A stretch of DNA of 64,000 bases, from contig JBHLON010000004.1 of the NCBI GenBank assembly GCA_048940445.1, positions 32,001 to 96,000 of the forward strand, in the 5' to 3' direction. A program made the position numbers and the translations under genes. Numbering within the stretch: the first letter of the stretch is position 1; each line of letters begins with the position of its first letter. This document shows, piece after piece, positions 20,339 through 31,196 of this stretch. Origin of the DNA: Promethearchaeota archaeon (GTDB taxonomy: Archaea > Asgardarchaeota > Lokiarchaeia > Sigyniarchaeales > SOKP01). Under the pieces are notes generated by a model that saw only the letters and a program-made list of their open reading frames with translations, was not told where the DNA came from and searched no databases.

Positions 20339-21661
20339 ATGAATGAAAATATTGTTGAAGTAAAGAATCTTACCAAAATATATGATCAAGGAAACATTTT
20401 AGCTGTTGATGGTATAACATTCAATATCCAGAAGGGAGAAATTTTTGCTCTCTTAGGACCAAATGGAGCAGGAAAAACTACCACAATTTCAATTTTATCG
20501 ACATTATTAAATCCCACAGAAGGAGAAGCTTTAATAAACTCATATGATGTTAAAAAACATCCTGAGAAAGTAAGGAAGAGTATAGGAGTTGTATTTCAAG
20601 AACCTTCTTTAGATAATGAAATGAAAGGAAAAGAGAATTTAGAACTCCATGCCATCTTATATGGGATGCCAAAATCAGAAAGAAAAGAAAAAATTAACGA
20701 AGTCCTCAAATTAGTTGATTTACAAGATAAATCAAATACATTTGTGAAAAACTATTCCGGCGGAATGAAAAGGAGGCTAGAAATAGCTCGGGGATTGCTA
20801 CATAGACCTAAAATGTTATTTCTAGACGAGCCGACTTTAGGATTAGACCCTCAAACCAGAAGGAAAATATGGGGTAAAATAAGAGAATTGAATGAGGATT
20901 TAGGAATAACTATTTTAATAACAACCCATTATATGGAAGAAGCTGATGAATTAGCAGATCGGATTTGTATCATGGATCATGGAAAAATTATTGCTTTAGA
21001 TACGTCAGAGAATCTTAAGAAACAAATTTCTGGAGATATAATTGAAATAAAATTTGAAAATGTTGATGATAGAATGAAAATTGTGGATTTGATTTCTCAA
21101 GTTAGAAAACTACCAAGCATTAAAAACGTCTCATTTGGACGTTCGGCAGGTGATAGTGAATTTCCGATGGATTTGAATCTTCCAAAAAATATGCCCAACA
21201 TTAATCCTGAAATGATTAAAGCTCAAATGAGAGAGATGATGTCCGACCCAAAAAAGATCATTACAGCCATAAAGCGATTCCCTATGGCATCACAAATGAT
21301 CCTAAATGCTCCTTTCAACGTAAAAAAGAGGATTGCTGACCTTTTTACCGACGAACTTCTCGAACAAATTCCAGATGAGATTAGACAAGTGTTAGTTAAA
21401 ATCAAAAAAGGAGAAGTCTTAGAGCAAAAAAGTGATTCTGAACCAGAAATATCAATCTCATGCGAACATGGAGGTGCTTGTCTTTCAGAAGTCATTAGAA
21501 AGGTTGATGATAGTAGTCTCATCATAAAAACGGTAAATGTTCATGAGCCAAAATTAGAAGATGTGTTTTTACATTTTGTTGGAGCAGAGATAAGAGAAGA
21601 ATCCTCCAATCTTACCAAGACTATAAAAAGTCGTATACAAATGAGGCAATTAACGAGGTGA
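20339..21661 (+). CDS. ABC transporter ATP-binding protein (DrrA-like) with C-terminal insertion
   Basis: GPNGAGKT, YSGGMKRRLEIA, LDEPT, TTHY, EPKLEDVF. Confidence 0.92.
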   Translation: MNENIVEVKNLTKIYDQGNILAVDGITFNIQKGEIFALLGPNGAGKTTTISILSTLLNPTEGEALINSYDVKKHPEKVRKSIGVVFQEPSLDNEMKGKENLELHAILYGMPKSERKEKINEVLKLVDLQDKSNTFVKNYSGGMKRRLEIARGLLHRPKMLFLDEPTLGLDPQTRRKIWGKIRELNEDLGITILITTHYMEEADELADRICIMDHGKIIALDTSENLKKQISGDIIEIKFENVDDRMKIVDLISQVRKLPSIKNVSFGRSAGDSEFPMDLNLPKNMPNINPEMIKAQMREMMSDPKKIITAIKRFPMASQMILNAPFNVKKRIADLFTDELLEQIPDEIRQVLVKIKKGEVLEQKSDSEPEISISCEHGGACLSEVIRKVDDSSLIIKTVNVHEPKLEDVFLHFVGAEIREESSNLTKTIKSRIQMRQLTR

Positions 21662-22464
21662 TTAAAGTATCTGATTTAAATATTATTGAAAGTAAATTGA
21701 ATCTTGAAGCTGTATGGATATTAGCCAGAAGAGAAGTTTATGAATTTTGGAGAAATAAAACTAGATTGATTTCCTCATTAGTGCAAGGGGTACTTTTTTT
21801 ATTTGTTTTTAGTGCTGCGCTAACAACAACAAGTTCAACTATTGTAATAAATGGGATAAATGTTGATCCAAGAGCTTATGCTGCTTCAGGAATCTCTGCT
21901 ATAGTTATCCTATTTACTGGAATTTTTGGTGGCATGGGGGTTATGAGAGATAAAATGTTTGGTTTTATGAAGGAGTTAATTGTTGCCCCGGTAAGCAGAA
22001 GAACATTAATGCTAGGAAAAACTTTAGGAGTTGCTTTACAAACACTAACCCAAGTATTTATCATTGTTATATTAGGTTTAATTTTTGGTTATTATGGTTA
22101 TGACTTTAGTATAATCTGGAAAATTCTGTTGATTCTTCCTGTTGCTTTATTAGCAAGTGTTGGTATTGTGGGTATGGGACTAACAATCAGTACACGAATG
22201 AGAGACTTCCAATCTTTTGGATTAATTCAAACATTTATTGTCATGCCTATGTTTTTAATATCAGGAGCTTTTTACACTTTAAGTGGACCCATTGGATTAG
22301 TTTCCATGTTTAATCCATTTACTTACAGCGTGGATCTTTTCAGGGTAGTATTAGTAGGGGCTTCATTCTTCCCCATCTGGCTTGATCTTTTGGTTGTAAT
22401 AGCATTTGGAACTGTACTCATTTTATTAGGAGCACGATCTTTTAGCACGATGGAAGTAAGTTAA
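21658..22464 (+). CDS. ABC-2 type permease (DrrB-like)
   Basis: Six TM helices, GFMKELIVAPVSR, ISGAFY, NPFTYSVD; overlaps the stop codon of the ATPase gene. Confidence 0.9.
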   Translation: MIKVSDLNIIESKLNLEAVWILARREVYEFWRNKTRLISSLVQGVLFLFVFSAALTTTSSTIVINGINVDPRAYAASGISAIVILFTGIFGGMGVMRDKMFGFMKELIVAPVSRRTLMLGKTLGVALQTLTQVFIIVILGLIFGYYGYDFSIIWKILLILPVALLASVGIVGMGLTISTRMRDFQSFGLIQTFIVMPMFLISGAFYTLSGPIGLVSMFNPFTYSVDLFRVVLVGASFFPIWLDLLVVIAFGTVLILLGARSFSTMEVS

Positions 22465-22574
22465 AAAGAAAGAGATGATTATATAATTTTTTATCTAACT
22501 ATTATAACAAGTACGTTTATAAGGGTAATTAAGGTTTTAAAACAACAATAATAAAGCAAAGACCTTGGGGTGAC

Positions 22575-24368
22575 TTGAAAAAAATGAATTCACTGCAAAT
22601 GATCGTGAAGTATTGGCTAAAAAGTAAAGGGATTTTTGCTAAAGCTATTATCCTGCAAATTATATCTACGATACTTCAACTTATGATACCGATCTTTATT
22701 GGACAACTTGTAGGTCGCTTAGATCCTGACGCACCAAACCCTATGAGTGTGAGTGAATTATTTTTTAACTATTTTATGATAATTATCCTTGGTTTAGCAG
22801 TATTTCTCATCTTTCGCTATTCACGTATTTTAGGAGCACGAGTTTCAACGAATGCCTTATATTATGTAAGGAAAGATATACACAATGCGATAAACCGCCA
22901 ATCATTTGCTTATTTTGACCAAATGGAAGCAGGAAATCTAGTAGCGCGGGCTACATCAGATGTAGAACAGACAAATATGATCTTTGGCTTTGGATTGGCG
23001 GTAGGAGTCCAAGGGATTATCCAACTATTCGGAGTACTGATTGCTGTATCAGTTCTTAAAACCCAAATGATGTGGATTTTCGCAATCCTTATCCCCTCAT
23101 CACTCTTAATCTCGTTAATTATTACGCATAAACTCCGTCCAATTTATTATGAAAGTCGGGAAGCTTTTGGAGAACTCACCAATACAATTCGAGAAAACAT
23201 TGTAGGATCACAAGTTGTTCGGATGTTTAGTATGCAAGATAAAGAGTTTCAGAAGTTCAATATAAATAACAAAAGATTTTATAAGGCTAGCGTACGCTCG
23301 GTGAAAATTAATTCACTTTATATGCCAATCAACTTTGTACTGATGGGATTGATGATCGTTCTTACTTTATTTGTTGGGGGAAACTTAGTGGTACAAGGCA
23401 TTATGTCTCTCTCAACACTCATCACGTTTCAATCCTATATTGGTCTAACTACGTTTCCTCTTGTCATTCTAGGGCAAATAATGATCATGTATGTCCAAGC
23501 GGATGCTGCCTTACGTCGAGTGCGAGAAGTGATTGAATCCGCTCCAGAAATCATAGAAAAGGCGAATCCTATTAGTGGGAAATATATCAAAGGAAATATT
23601 GAATTTAATCACGTTTCATTTGGATATACTCCAAGTAACCGGGTACTCAAAAATTTAACATTTAAAGTACCCGCAGGACGAAAAATTGCTATTTTAGGGA
23701 CTACTGGTTCAGGAAAGTCAACTATTATTAATCTTATTCCCAGATTTTATGATGTGAGTAATGGTTCCATCAAGATTGATAATGTAGATGTTAGAGACTA
23801 CAATATCGCTGAGTTACGTTCAAATATAGCCATTGTGTCACAGGACACATTTCTATTCAACAAAACTATTAAAGAAAATGTAACTTATGGTAAAGAAGAA
23901 GCAACAATGGACGAAGTGATCGCTGCTGCACGTAGTGCAAATATTCATGATTTCATAACTGGATTACCAGACGGATATCAAACTTTTGTGGGAGAACGTG
24001 GTACGCGGCTTTCTGGAGGTCAGAAGCAACGTCTAAGTATTGCTCGTGCTATCATTATTAAACCAAAAATCTTAATCTTTGATGATTCTACTAGTTCTGT
24101 CGATGTTGAAACTGAGTATAAAATCCAACAAGCACTCGAACAAATTATGAAGAATACAACAACGTTCATTATAACACAAAGGATCTCTACTATTCGGAAT
24201 GCAGATGAAATTCTTGTATTGGATAAAGGTCGTATTGTAGGATATGGTACTCATGATACCTTGATCCAAGATAATGTCCTCTACCGGCAGATATTTGAGA
24301 CTCTCTATCGCAAGCAAAAAGAACTTATCGAAAAATCAGTAATAACCAAAGAGGAGGTTCATGGATGA
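22575..24368 (+). CDS. ABC exporter, fused TMD-NBD (MdlA-like half of a heterodimer)
   Basis: GTTGSGKST, LSGGQKQR, degenerate FDDSTS and ITQR. Confidence 0.93.
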   Translation: MKKMNSLQMIVKYWLKSKGIFAKAIILQIISTILQLMIPIFIGQLVGRLDPDAPNPMSVSELFFNYFMIIILGLAVFLIFRYSRILGARVSTNALYYVRKDIHNAINRQSFAYFDQMEAGNLVARATSDVEQTNMIFGFGLAVGVQGIIQLFGVLIAVSVLKTQMMWIFAILIPSSLLISLIITHKLRPIYYESREAFGELTNTIRENIVGSQVVRMFSMQDKEFQKFNINNKRFYKASVRSVKINSLYMPINFVLMGLMIVLTLFVGGNLVVQGIMSLSTLITFQSYIGLTTFPLVILGQIMIMYVQADAALRRVREVIESAPEIIEKANPISGKYIKGNIEFNHVSFGYTPSNRVLKNLTFKVPAGRKIAILGTTGSGKSTIINLIPRFYDVSNGSIKIDNVDVRDYNIAELRSNIAIVSQDTFLFNKTIKENVTYGKEEATMDEVIAAARSANIHDFITGLPDGYQTFVGERGTRLSGGQKQRLSIARAIIIKPKILIFDDSTSSVDVETEYKIQQALEQIMKNTTTFIITQRISTIRNADEILVLDKGRIVGYGTHDTLIQDNVLYRQIFETLYRKQKELIEKSVITKEEVHG

Positions 24369-26800
24369 AAAAGAAAGGCATTCAAGAGAAATTAGAACAA
24401 TCTGAACAGGAGATCAACCCAGAAGAAGCAAGAAAATTAGAAGAAATAGACAAAGAAAGACAGCTGCGACCAATAGGTCCTACAGTTGGTCGTCATCGTG
24501 GTCCTATGATGTTTATGGATGATAAAGCTAAACTTGAACATAAACGACGTGTTTTATGGAGATGGATTTTCTCTTATCTTTTTCGACATAAAAAGTCGTT
24601 TATTTTCTATGCTATTTTAATTGCAGTGGGAACTATAATAAATATAGTCACACCACTGTTGACAAGGAGTCTAATTGACGCTGGAATAATTCCGAGAAAT
24701 TCTCAGGTGATATTAAACATTACTCTCCTTTACATATCTCTTTTGATAATCATGGCTTCAGGAAATTATATTGGTTCTTATGGTTTGGGAAAAATTGGTC
24801 AAACAGTAGTTTTTTCGATGCGTAATGATGTTTTCGAACAACTCCAGAGGATGTCTATGTCCTATTTTGATAAACATCCTTCAGGTGATTTGATCTCACG
24901 TGCTACTAACGATATTGATCAGATAAATCTACTAGTAGGAGGACAATTGGTTCAGATTATAACGAGTATAATCAGTCTTGGATTAAGTGTCACATTTATG
25001 TTTATACTAAATCCTTTCCTTGCACTATTTGGATTAATTGCTTTCCCTGTCTTTTTTATAATGTCTAGATGGTTCCGGAATCGTGTTATTGGTGCTTTCA
25101 AAGAAACTAGAAAAAAAATTAGTAAGGTTACTTCTTCAATTGAAGAAAATATCACAGGAGCAAAAACTGTAAAAGCATTCGGACAGGAAAAGAAAGCAAG
25201 GAGTGAATTTGATCAAGCGAATATGGAGAATGCCGAAGCTTCATTTCGAGCACGGCGAATATTTGCAACTTTCTTCCCATTCATAACTTTTTTATCTTCA
25301 ATCATAACAGCAAGTGTCCTCACAATCGGAGGATATGTCAGTTTAATAAATTTTGCACCTTTTGGAATAGCCATTACTGTTGGGGTACTAGCTGCATTTA
25401 TACAATATATGTCAAACTTCTTCCAACCTTTTATGACACTTACCCAAATTCAGCAGGTTATTGAAAGCGCAATGGCCGCTGCGGATCGAATCTATGCTGT
25501 CTTAGATGAAGAGGTTGATCTTCCTGATCCAAAATATCCTGTAACAATTGAAATTCCTAAAGGAATGATCGAATTTGAGGATGTGAGTTTTGGCTATAAA
25601 TTCAATGAAACACAAAAAGTAAAAGCTGTCTCTACTAAAAAAGCGTTTAAAATTCCAAACCCTAAAGGACTATCGGTTAAGTCTAAAAATGAAGCTCCAC
25701 AAAAAATAGATACCACATCTATTTCGGATAGGGGTAAAAAGTCTGAATTAGACAACGTACCTCCGTTCTTACAAAGGATGTTAAAAAATCCCGAGGCAAT
25801 TAATAGAATGCTTCGGGAGTTGGAAAAAGCACTTAAAGGTCAAGTGAATATATCAAGCAGTAGTGGTAGCGGAAGTGGAATGGGTGGTGAAACTGGTGGG
25901 ATGATGGGTGGCAGAGGAGGAATGGGAGGTAGAATGAATCCAAGGCAACTTCTTCGAATGTTAGCCATATTACCTCTTCCTGAAGTAACTACTAAAAACT
26001 TTCCCGAAATAATAAAGAAAGCAATTGAAGAAGAACGAACCCTTATGGAACACGAGGCAATGATAGGTTTTGTTTTAAAAAATGTAAAGCTCAAAATCGA
26101 TGAGGGTAAAACTATAGCTATAGTTGGCAGGACTGGTGCTGGTAAAACGACATTTATCAAATTAACGTGTCGGTTTTATGATGTTACTGATGGAAAGGTG
26201 TTGATCGATGGTGTGGATGTAAAAAGATTGGGTAAAAAAGATCTTCGCAATTTAATTGGTCTTGTTCCCCAAGATTCATTTCTATTTACTGGTACTATCA
26301 GAGACAACCTATTGTATGGATATGATAATCTTACTCCTGAAATGAAAGAAAAATTAGAAGCTAAAATGATTGAAATCTCAAAATTCTTAGGTCTCCACAA
26401 TTTCATTGAAGCACTACCAAAAAAGTATGATACCAAATTAAAAGAAAATGCATCTAATATCTCCATTGGGCAGCGTCAACTCATCGCCTTTGCTCGTGCT
26501 TTGATCCAAAATCCCAAGATACTAATTCTTGACGAGGCAACTTCTTCTGTAGATCCCTATACTGAGTCATTAATTCAAGACGCCCTGGATCGAGCTAGAG
26601 AGGGAAGAACAACTATAATAATTGCTCACCGTTTATCTACAATCAAAAATGCGGACTGGATTGTTGTGCTTGATCAGGATAAGAAAGGTATTGTAGAGCA
26701 AGGTACCCATGAACAACTGATAGTAAAGGAGAATGGGGTATATAAACACCTTCTAGACATGCAATATAAAGATATAGAAGTAGAAAATATTGAATCTTAA
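24365..26800 (+). CDS. ABC exporter, fused TMD-NBD (MdlB-like half) with ~155-aa insertion in the NBD
   Basis: GRTGAGKT, ISIGQRQL, LDEATS, IAHRLST. Confidence 0.92.
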   Translation: MKKKGIQEKLEQSEQEINPEEARKLEEIDKERQLRPIGPTVGRHRGPMMFMDDKAKLEHKRRVLWRWIFSYLFRHKKSFIFYAILIAVGTIINIVTPLLTRSLIDAGIIPRNSQVILNITLLYISLLIIMASGNYIGSYGLGKIGQTVVFSMRNDVFEQLQRMSMSYFDKHPSGDLISRATNDIDQINLLVGGQLVQIITSIISLGLSVTFMFILNPFLALFGLIAFPVFFIMSRWFRNRVIGAFKETRKKISKVTSSIEENITGAKTVKAFGQEKKARSEFDQANMENAEASFRARRIFATFFPFITFLSSIITASVLTIGGYVSLINFAPFGIAITVGVLAAFIQYMSNFFQPFMTLTQIQQVIESAMAAADRIYAVLDEEVDLPDPKYPVTIEIPKGMIEFEDVSFGYKFNETQKVKAVSTKKAFKIPNPKGLSVKSKNEAPQKIDTTSISDRGKKSELDNVPPFLQRMLKNPEAINRMLRELEKALKGQVNISSSSGSGSGMGGETGGMMGGRGGMGGRMNPRQLLRMLAILPLPEVTTKNFPEIIKKAIEEERTLMEHEAMIGFVLKNVKLKIDEGKTIAIVGRTGAGKTTFIKLTCRFYDVTDGKVLIDGVDVKRLGKKDLRNLIGLVPQDSFLFTGTIRDNLLYGYDNLTPEMKEKLEAKMIEISKFLGLHNFIEALPKKYDTKLKENASNISIGQRQLIAFARALIQNPKILILDEATSSVDPYTESLIQDALDRAREGRTTIIIAHRLSTIKNADWIVVLDQDKKGIVEQGTHEQLIVKENGVYKHLLDMQYKDIEVENIES

Positions 26801-26914
26801 TTTTAAGTTATTGAATTCCGAATTTAAATATTGATAGAGTTAATTTTAAAATTAGATAAAATTATTTTGTCTCCTTTTATTTAACATATTTAAGTATAAT
26901 TTTGGGGATACAAT

Positions 26915-27676
26915 ATTCCTTATTACGATTATTTAACAAAAAAGATATATTATAAAGTAAATGGCCCAGAAACCTATAAAGCAGTAGTATTCATCCATGG
27001 CTCTGGTGGAAACTCGGATATTTGGAAAGAACAACTCAATATCGATATTAACTACAAATTAATTGCATTAGATTTACCATCACACTGCAAATCTGATGAA
27101 TTTGAAGAACTTAATTTAGGTTTATATAGTGCGATTGTTGAACAATTAATCGAAGTGTTAAAGCTACGAGAAATAATTTTAGTTGGGCATTCATTAGGGG
27201 GAGCTATCGCTCAAAATTTATTCTTTAGGAGTCCTGAAAAGCTTTTGGGTTTGATTTTAATTGGTACAGGAGCGCGATTAAGAGTAAGTTCTAATATTCT
27301 TGATACATTAAAATATAATTACAATAAGTACTTAGAAACATTATTTGTCGGAGCTTTTTCTCAATTGACCAATCATGAGTTAATTAAGAAAGCAATGAAA
27401 GAAGCATCCAAAGTTAGTAATAAAGTTACCTATGATGATTTTTCTATCTGTGATAAGTTCGATTTATTAGATAAGATACATTTGATTACAATTCCTTGCT
27501 TAATCATTGTTGGAAATGAAGATAAATTGACACCTGTTAAATATTCTGAATATTTTAATAAAAAAATAAAAAAGTCAGAACTGCACATTATTAAAAATGC
27601 GGGGCATATGGTGATGATTGAACAACCAAAAGAAGTAAATACAGCAATAGAAAATTTTATTAAAAAATATTTTTAA
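26915..27676 (+). CDS. alpha/beta hydrolase; true start probably ATT at 26915 (ORF track starts at 27155)
   Basis: GHSLGG nucleophile elbow, GNEDKL, AGHM. The frame is open upstream through VVFIHGSGG and IALDLPSH to IPYYDY, with an in-frame TAA at 26897 and no ATG/GTG/TTG in between. Confidence 0.85.
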   Translation: MPYYDYLTKKIYYKVNGPETYKAVVFIHGSGGNSDIWKEQLNIDINYKLIALDLPSHCKSDEFEELNLGLYSAIVEQLIEVLKLREIILVGHSLGGAIAQNLFFRSPEKLLGLILIGTGARLRVSSNILDTLKYNYNKYLETLFVGAFSQLTNHELIKKAMKEASKVSNKVTYDDFSICDKFDLLDKIHLITIPCLIIVGNEDKLTPVKYSEYFNKKIKKSELHIIKNAGHMVMIEQPKEVNTAIENFIKKYF

Positions 27677-27783
27677 TTATATTTTTCTAATCAAACTTAA
27701 TAGCATATTATAAATATATTAACATCTCTATACTCAATAGAACTTCTTAATAAAATAAAGAAAAAAATTTACTTAATTTTGTT

Positions 27784-28569
27784 ATGCGTGAATATACTTA
27801 TGGACCATTCCCTTCCAGACGATTGGGATTATCACTTGGGATTGACGTATTACCTAAGCAAAAAATTTGCACTTTTAATTGTGTTTATTGTGAAATTGGT
27901 CCAACAATTGAGTTAGTCGCACCTGAATTTAGATTCAGATCACCTCCTAATCATAGATTTAGAAAAGAGTTAAAAGATATTTGTAAACATTTTCCGCATT
28001 TAGATTCAATAACTTTTGGATATAATGGCGAACCCACATTGAATGACAATTTATTAGACTTTTATAAGATCACTACAGAAGTTAGAGCAGAGATGAAATG
28101 GGATATAAATCAACCAAATCTAACTATTTTTACAAACTCAAGCACTATATACTCACAAGAGATTCGTGATAGATTATTGAAATTTGATTTTATTGTAGCT
28201 AAATTAGATGCAGCATTACAATCTGATTTTAAGAGAACCAACCAGCCCCATCAGGATTTGAGAATTGATAATATTATAAATTCTCTTATTCAATTAAAAA
28301 GAAGTATGAAAAAATCTAAATTAGCTATTCAATGTTTAATTTACAATTCTTATAGGAAAGATTTTAAATCAAATGATCATAATGCAAATATAAAAAAATT
28401 AGCCTTAGCTATAAAAAAAATAAATCCTGATATTGTTCAAATCTATTCTATTGCGCGAATTCCAGCACAATATTTTGTATATTCAATTGATGACGAGAGA
28501 AAAAAGGAAATTGTAGGAAGTTTTAAAGAAATTGTAAATAATGAACAAATAAAAATAGAATATTATTAA
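27784..28569 (+). CDS. radical SAM protein (COG0731/TYW1-related family)
   Basis: YGPFPSRRLGLSLGID, CTFNCVYC, GEPTL, KLDAA. Confidence 0.85.
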   Translation: MREYTYGPFPSRRLGLSLGIDVLPKQKICTFNCVYCEIGPTIELVAPEFRFRSPPNHRFRKELKDICKHFPHLDSITFGYNGEPTLNDNLLDFYKITTEVRAEMKWDINQPNLTIFTNSSTIYSQEIRDRLLKFDFIVAKLDAALQSDFKRTNQPHQDLRIDNIINSLIQLKRSMKKSKLAIQCLIYNSYRKDFKSNDHNANIKKLALAIKKINPDIVQIYSIARIPAQYFVYSIDDERKKEIVGSFKEIVNNEQIKIEYY

Positions 28570-28602
28570 ATTTATTAAAAAATTATATTTTGTTAACTTA
28601 TT

Positions 28603-29616
28603 TTGGTGATTAATGTGGTTAAATATATTATAGGAGTTGATATTGGAGGCACATTAATTAGAATAGCAATATGTTCCACGGAGCTAGATGAAAAAAGTAT
28701 TAAAATGAAAACTGTAAAAACTCCAAAGGAACATGAGTACTCAATTGTTAACTCAATTATTATTTTGATTACAGAACTCTTAGTTGAAAATGATATTACT
28801 AATGAAGATGTTATTGGTATTGGTCTTGCTTCAGCAGGACCTTTAGATATGAAAAAAGGGGAAGTTTTCAATAATGCGAATTTAGGATTTAAAGTTATTC
28901 CATTAAAGCAACCACTAGAAGATCGTTTTCCAGGAATTCCAATTTATTTGATGAATGACTGTAATTCTGCGGTTCTTGGTGTTCACTTTTTTGAAGCTGA
29001 AGAATTTGAGAAAGAGGACCTAGCTTATATTACCATGTCTACTGGAATCGGAGGTGGAATGATATGTAATGGCCATTTATTAATTGGTAAAGATGGAAAT
29101 GCTGCAGAAATAGGTCATGCGATAGTTGAACCACATAGTGATCATCAATGTAATTGTGGAGCTTATGGGTGCTGGGAAACTTTTAGCTCAGGCACAGGTA
29201 TAAAAAATCGAGCTTTAGAAGCATTAGAAACCACTAGTTTAAACTCAAAAATATTAATGTTTATGGTAGATAATGACTCATCTCGCATAACAACAAAGGA
29301 AATTTTTCAAGCTGCTAAAGGAGCTGATAAATTTTCTAAAAGTATTATTGAAATGAGCACATATTATAATAAGATTGGAATTGGCTTAGTTAATAATTTT
29401 TATGATTGTTCTTCAATTTATTTTGGAGGTTCTCTGTTGAAAGATCAAGAGTTAATTATTCCACCACTAGTTGAGCAATTTAAGAGAGATCCAATCCAAT
29501 TTACGATAAATCATCCTCCTAATATTAAAGTAACAAAATATTTAGATGATATTGGTGTGAGGGGAGCTCTGGTTTTAGTAAAGTACAAGATAGAAGGAAA
29601 TCCAGTAATTGCTTAA
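28603..29616 (+). CDS. ROK family sugar kinase (glucokinase-like)
   Basis: GVDIGGT, NDCN, STGIGGG, EIGH, CNCGAYGCWE. Confidence 0.92.
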   Translation: MVINVVKYIIGVDIGGTLIRIAICSTELDEKSIKMKTVKTPKEHEYSIVNSIIILITELLVENDITNEDVIGIGLASAGPLDMKKGEVFNNANLGFKVIPLKQPLEDRFPGIPIYLMNDCNSAVLGVHFFEAEEFEKEDLAYITMSTGIGGGMICNGHLLIGKDGNAAEIGHAIVEPHSDHQCNCGAYGCWETFSSGTGIKNRALEALETTSLNSKILMFMVDNDSSRITTKEIFQAAKGADKFSKSIIEMSTYYNKIGIGLVNNFYDCSSIYFGGSLLKDQELIIPPLVEQFKRDPIQFTINHPPNIKVTKYLDDIGVRGALVLVKYKIEGNPVIA

Positions 29617-29638
29617 AGATTGATAGTTCTGAAAAAAA

Positions 29639-31069
29639 ATGGAAAAACATAATCTTATTTTTACTTTTAGCGGAATTCGGGGAATCGTTAAAAAGGATTT
29701 TAGTTACAAACTGGCTAAAAAAATAGGTGTAGCATTTGGATTATTCCTTCACGCAACTGATAAAAGAGTAATTATAGGTAGAGATTCTCGACCAAGCGGA
29801 GAAGAAATTGAGAAAGGTATTATTGAGGGATTAATATCAGTAGGATATAATATCATTAAGGTGGGTATTTGTCCCTCACCCGTAATTATCCATGCTAAGA
29901 AAAATCTAAGAGTTCCTGCGGGTATAATAATAACAGGATCTCATAATCCACAAGAATGGAATGGCCTAAAACTGCTATCGGGTCATTCTTTTTTAAGTAA
30001 TATAGAATTAGAACAAATAAGTAAAAATATAAATCAAAATGATTTAGTTGATCCAAAAATCAATTTTGAAAACCTACAAAATAATATCGTCGAATTAAAT
30101 CCTATTCCTGATTATATTACACAGTTGTATGAAAATATAGATTATAATAAAGTTAAGGATAATAATAATTTACGAGTAGTGGTTGATACTGGAGCAGGTG
30201 CAGGTAAATATGTCACTCCTCAGATTCTTGAAGGGCTAGGGTGTAAAGTGAAAATTATAAATAACGAGTTTCTGATTAACCAAGTTTTTCCAAGAGAGAT
30301 TGAACCTATAGCACAAAATCTCCGTGATTTAATAATGGAAGTATGGCAAGGAAAATATGACATTGGTTTTGCACACGACTCTGATGCCGATAGATTAGCA
30401 TTAATAGGAGACACTGGTATTTGTTATCCCGAAGATGTAGGATTAGCTATAATAGCAGATTATTATCTAAAAAATTTCAGTCTTCAATATGAGAAAGCGA
30501 TATTTGTTACTAACTTAGCATCCTCACTTATGTTTGAAGTTTTAGCCAAGAAGTATAATGTTCAAATAATAAGGACTCCAATAGGAGAAAAATTTCTAAT
30601 GGAAGAGATTAATAAAATAAGACAAAACAACGAAAATTGTTTAATTTTAGGAGGAGAGGGTTCTTGTGGAGGTATAATGTTGCCAAGTTTCAATAATACC
30701 CGAGACGGAATTTTTGCAGCAGCTAAAATTGTTGAGATTTTAGTTTTAACTCAGCAAAGAATATCAACATTAGTTTCTCAGCTTCCAAAATATTTTTCAT
30801 ATAGGAGAAGTATCGCAATTAAAAATGGTGATGTATCCAAAATAATTAATGGTATTAAAAACGAATTAAGTGATGAGGGCGAAAAAGTTATCAAGGTCAA
30901 TAATGATTTAAGATTTGGTGAAGGAATTGAGTGGTTTGTATTAATTCATCCCTCTAATACTGAACCTATAATTAGGGTTATTAGTGAAGCAAAGACTGAT
31001 TCTGCAGCCAGAATGTATTGTGAAGTTACAGCAGAATTAGTAAAATTAGTAATAGCAAGTTTAATCTAA
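29639..31069 (+). CDS. phosphohexomutase (PGM/PMM/GlmM family)
   Basis: SGIRG, TGSHNP, DSDADR, GGEGS, SNTEPIIRV. Confidence 0.92.
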   Translation: MEKHNLIFTFSGIRGIVKKDFSYKLAKKIGVAFGLFLHATDKRVIIGRDSRPSGEEIEKGIIEGLISVGYNIIKVGICPSPVIIHAKKNLRVPAGIIITGSHNPQEWNGLKLLSGHSFLSNIELEQISKNINQNDLVDPKINFENLQNNIVELNPIPDYITQLYENIDYNKVKDNNNLRVVVDTGAGAGKYVTPQILEGLGCKVKIINNEFLINQVFPREIEPIAQNLRDLIMEVWQGKYDIGFAHDSDADRLALIGDTGICYPEDVGLAIIADYYLKNFSLQYEKAIFVTNLASSLMFEVLAKKYNVQIIRTPIGEKFLMEEINKIRQNNENCLILGGEGSCGGIMLPSFNNTRDGIFAAAKIVEILVLTQQRISTLVSQLPKYFSYRRSIAIKNGDVSKIINGIKNELSDEGEKVIKVNNDLRFGEGIEWFVLIHPSNTEPIIRVISEAKTDSAARMYCEVTAELVKLVIASLI

Positions 31070-31196
31070 ATTTTTTATTAGAGATTTTCCTTCCCATTTA
31101 TTTCCCATTCTTTTTTAACACTGGAGTCAATATAACAGTAAATTTATAAATTATTATATAATAATTAAATATATTAAAATTTTAGTTGATTTTTCC

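Noticed and set aside
25598-26067. Intein in the ABC NBD
   Set aside because: No N-terminal Cys/Ser block, no C-terminal His-Asn, no LAGLIDADG motifs
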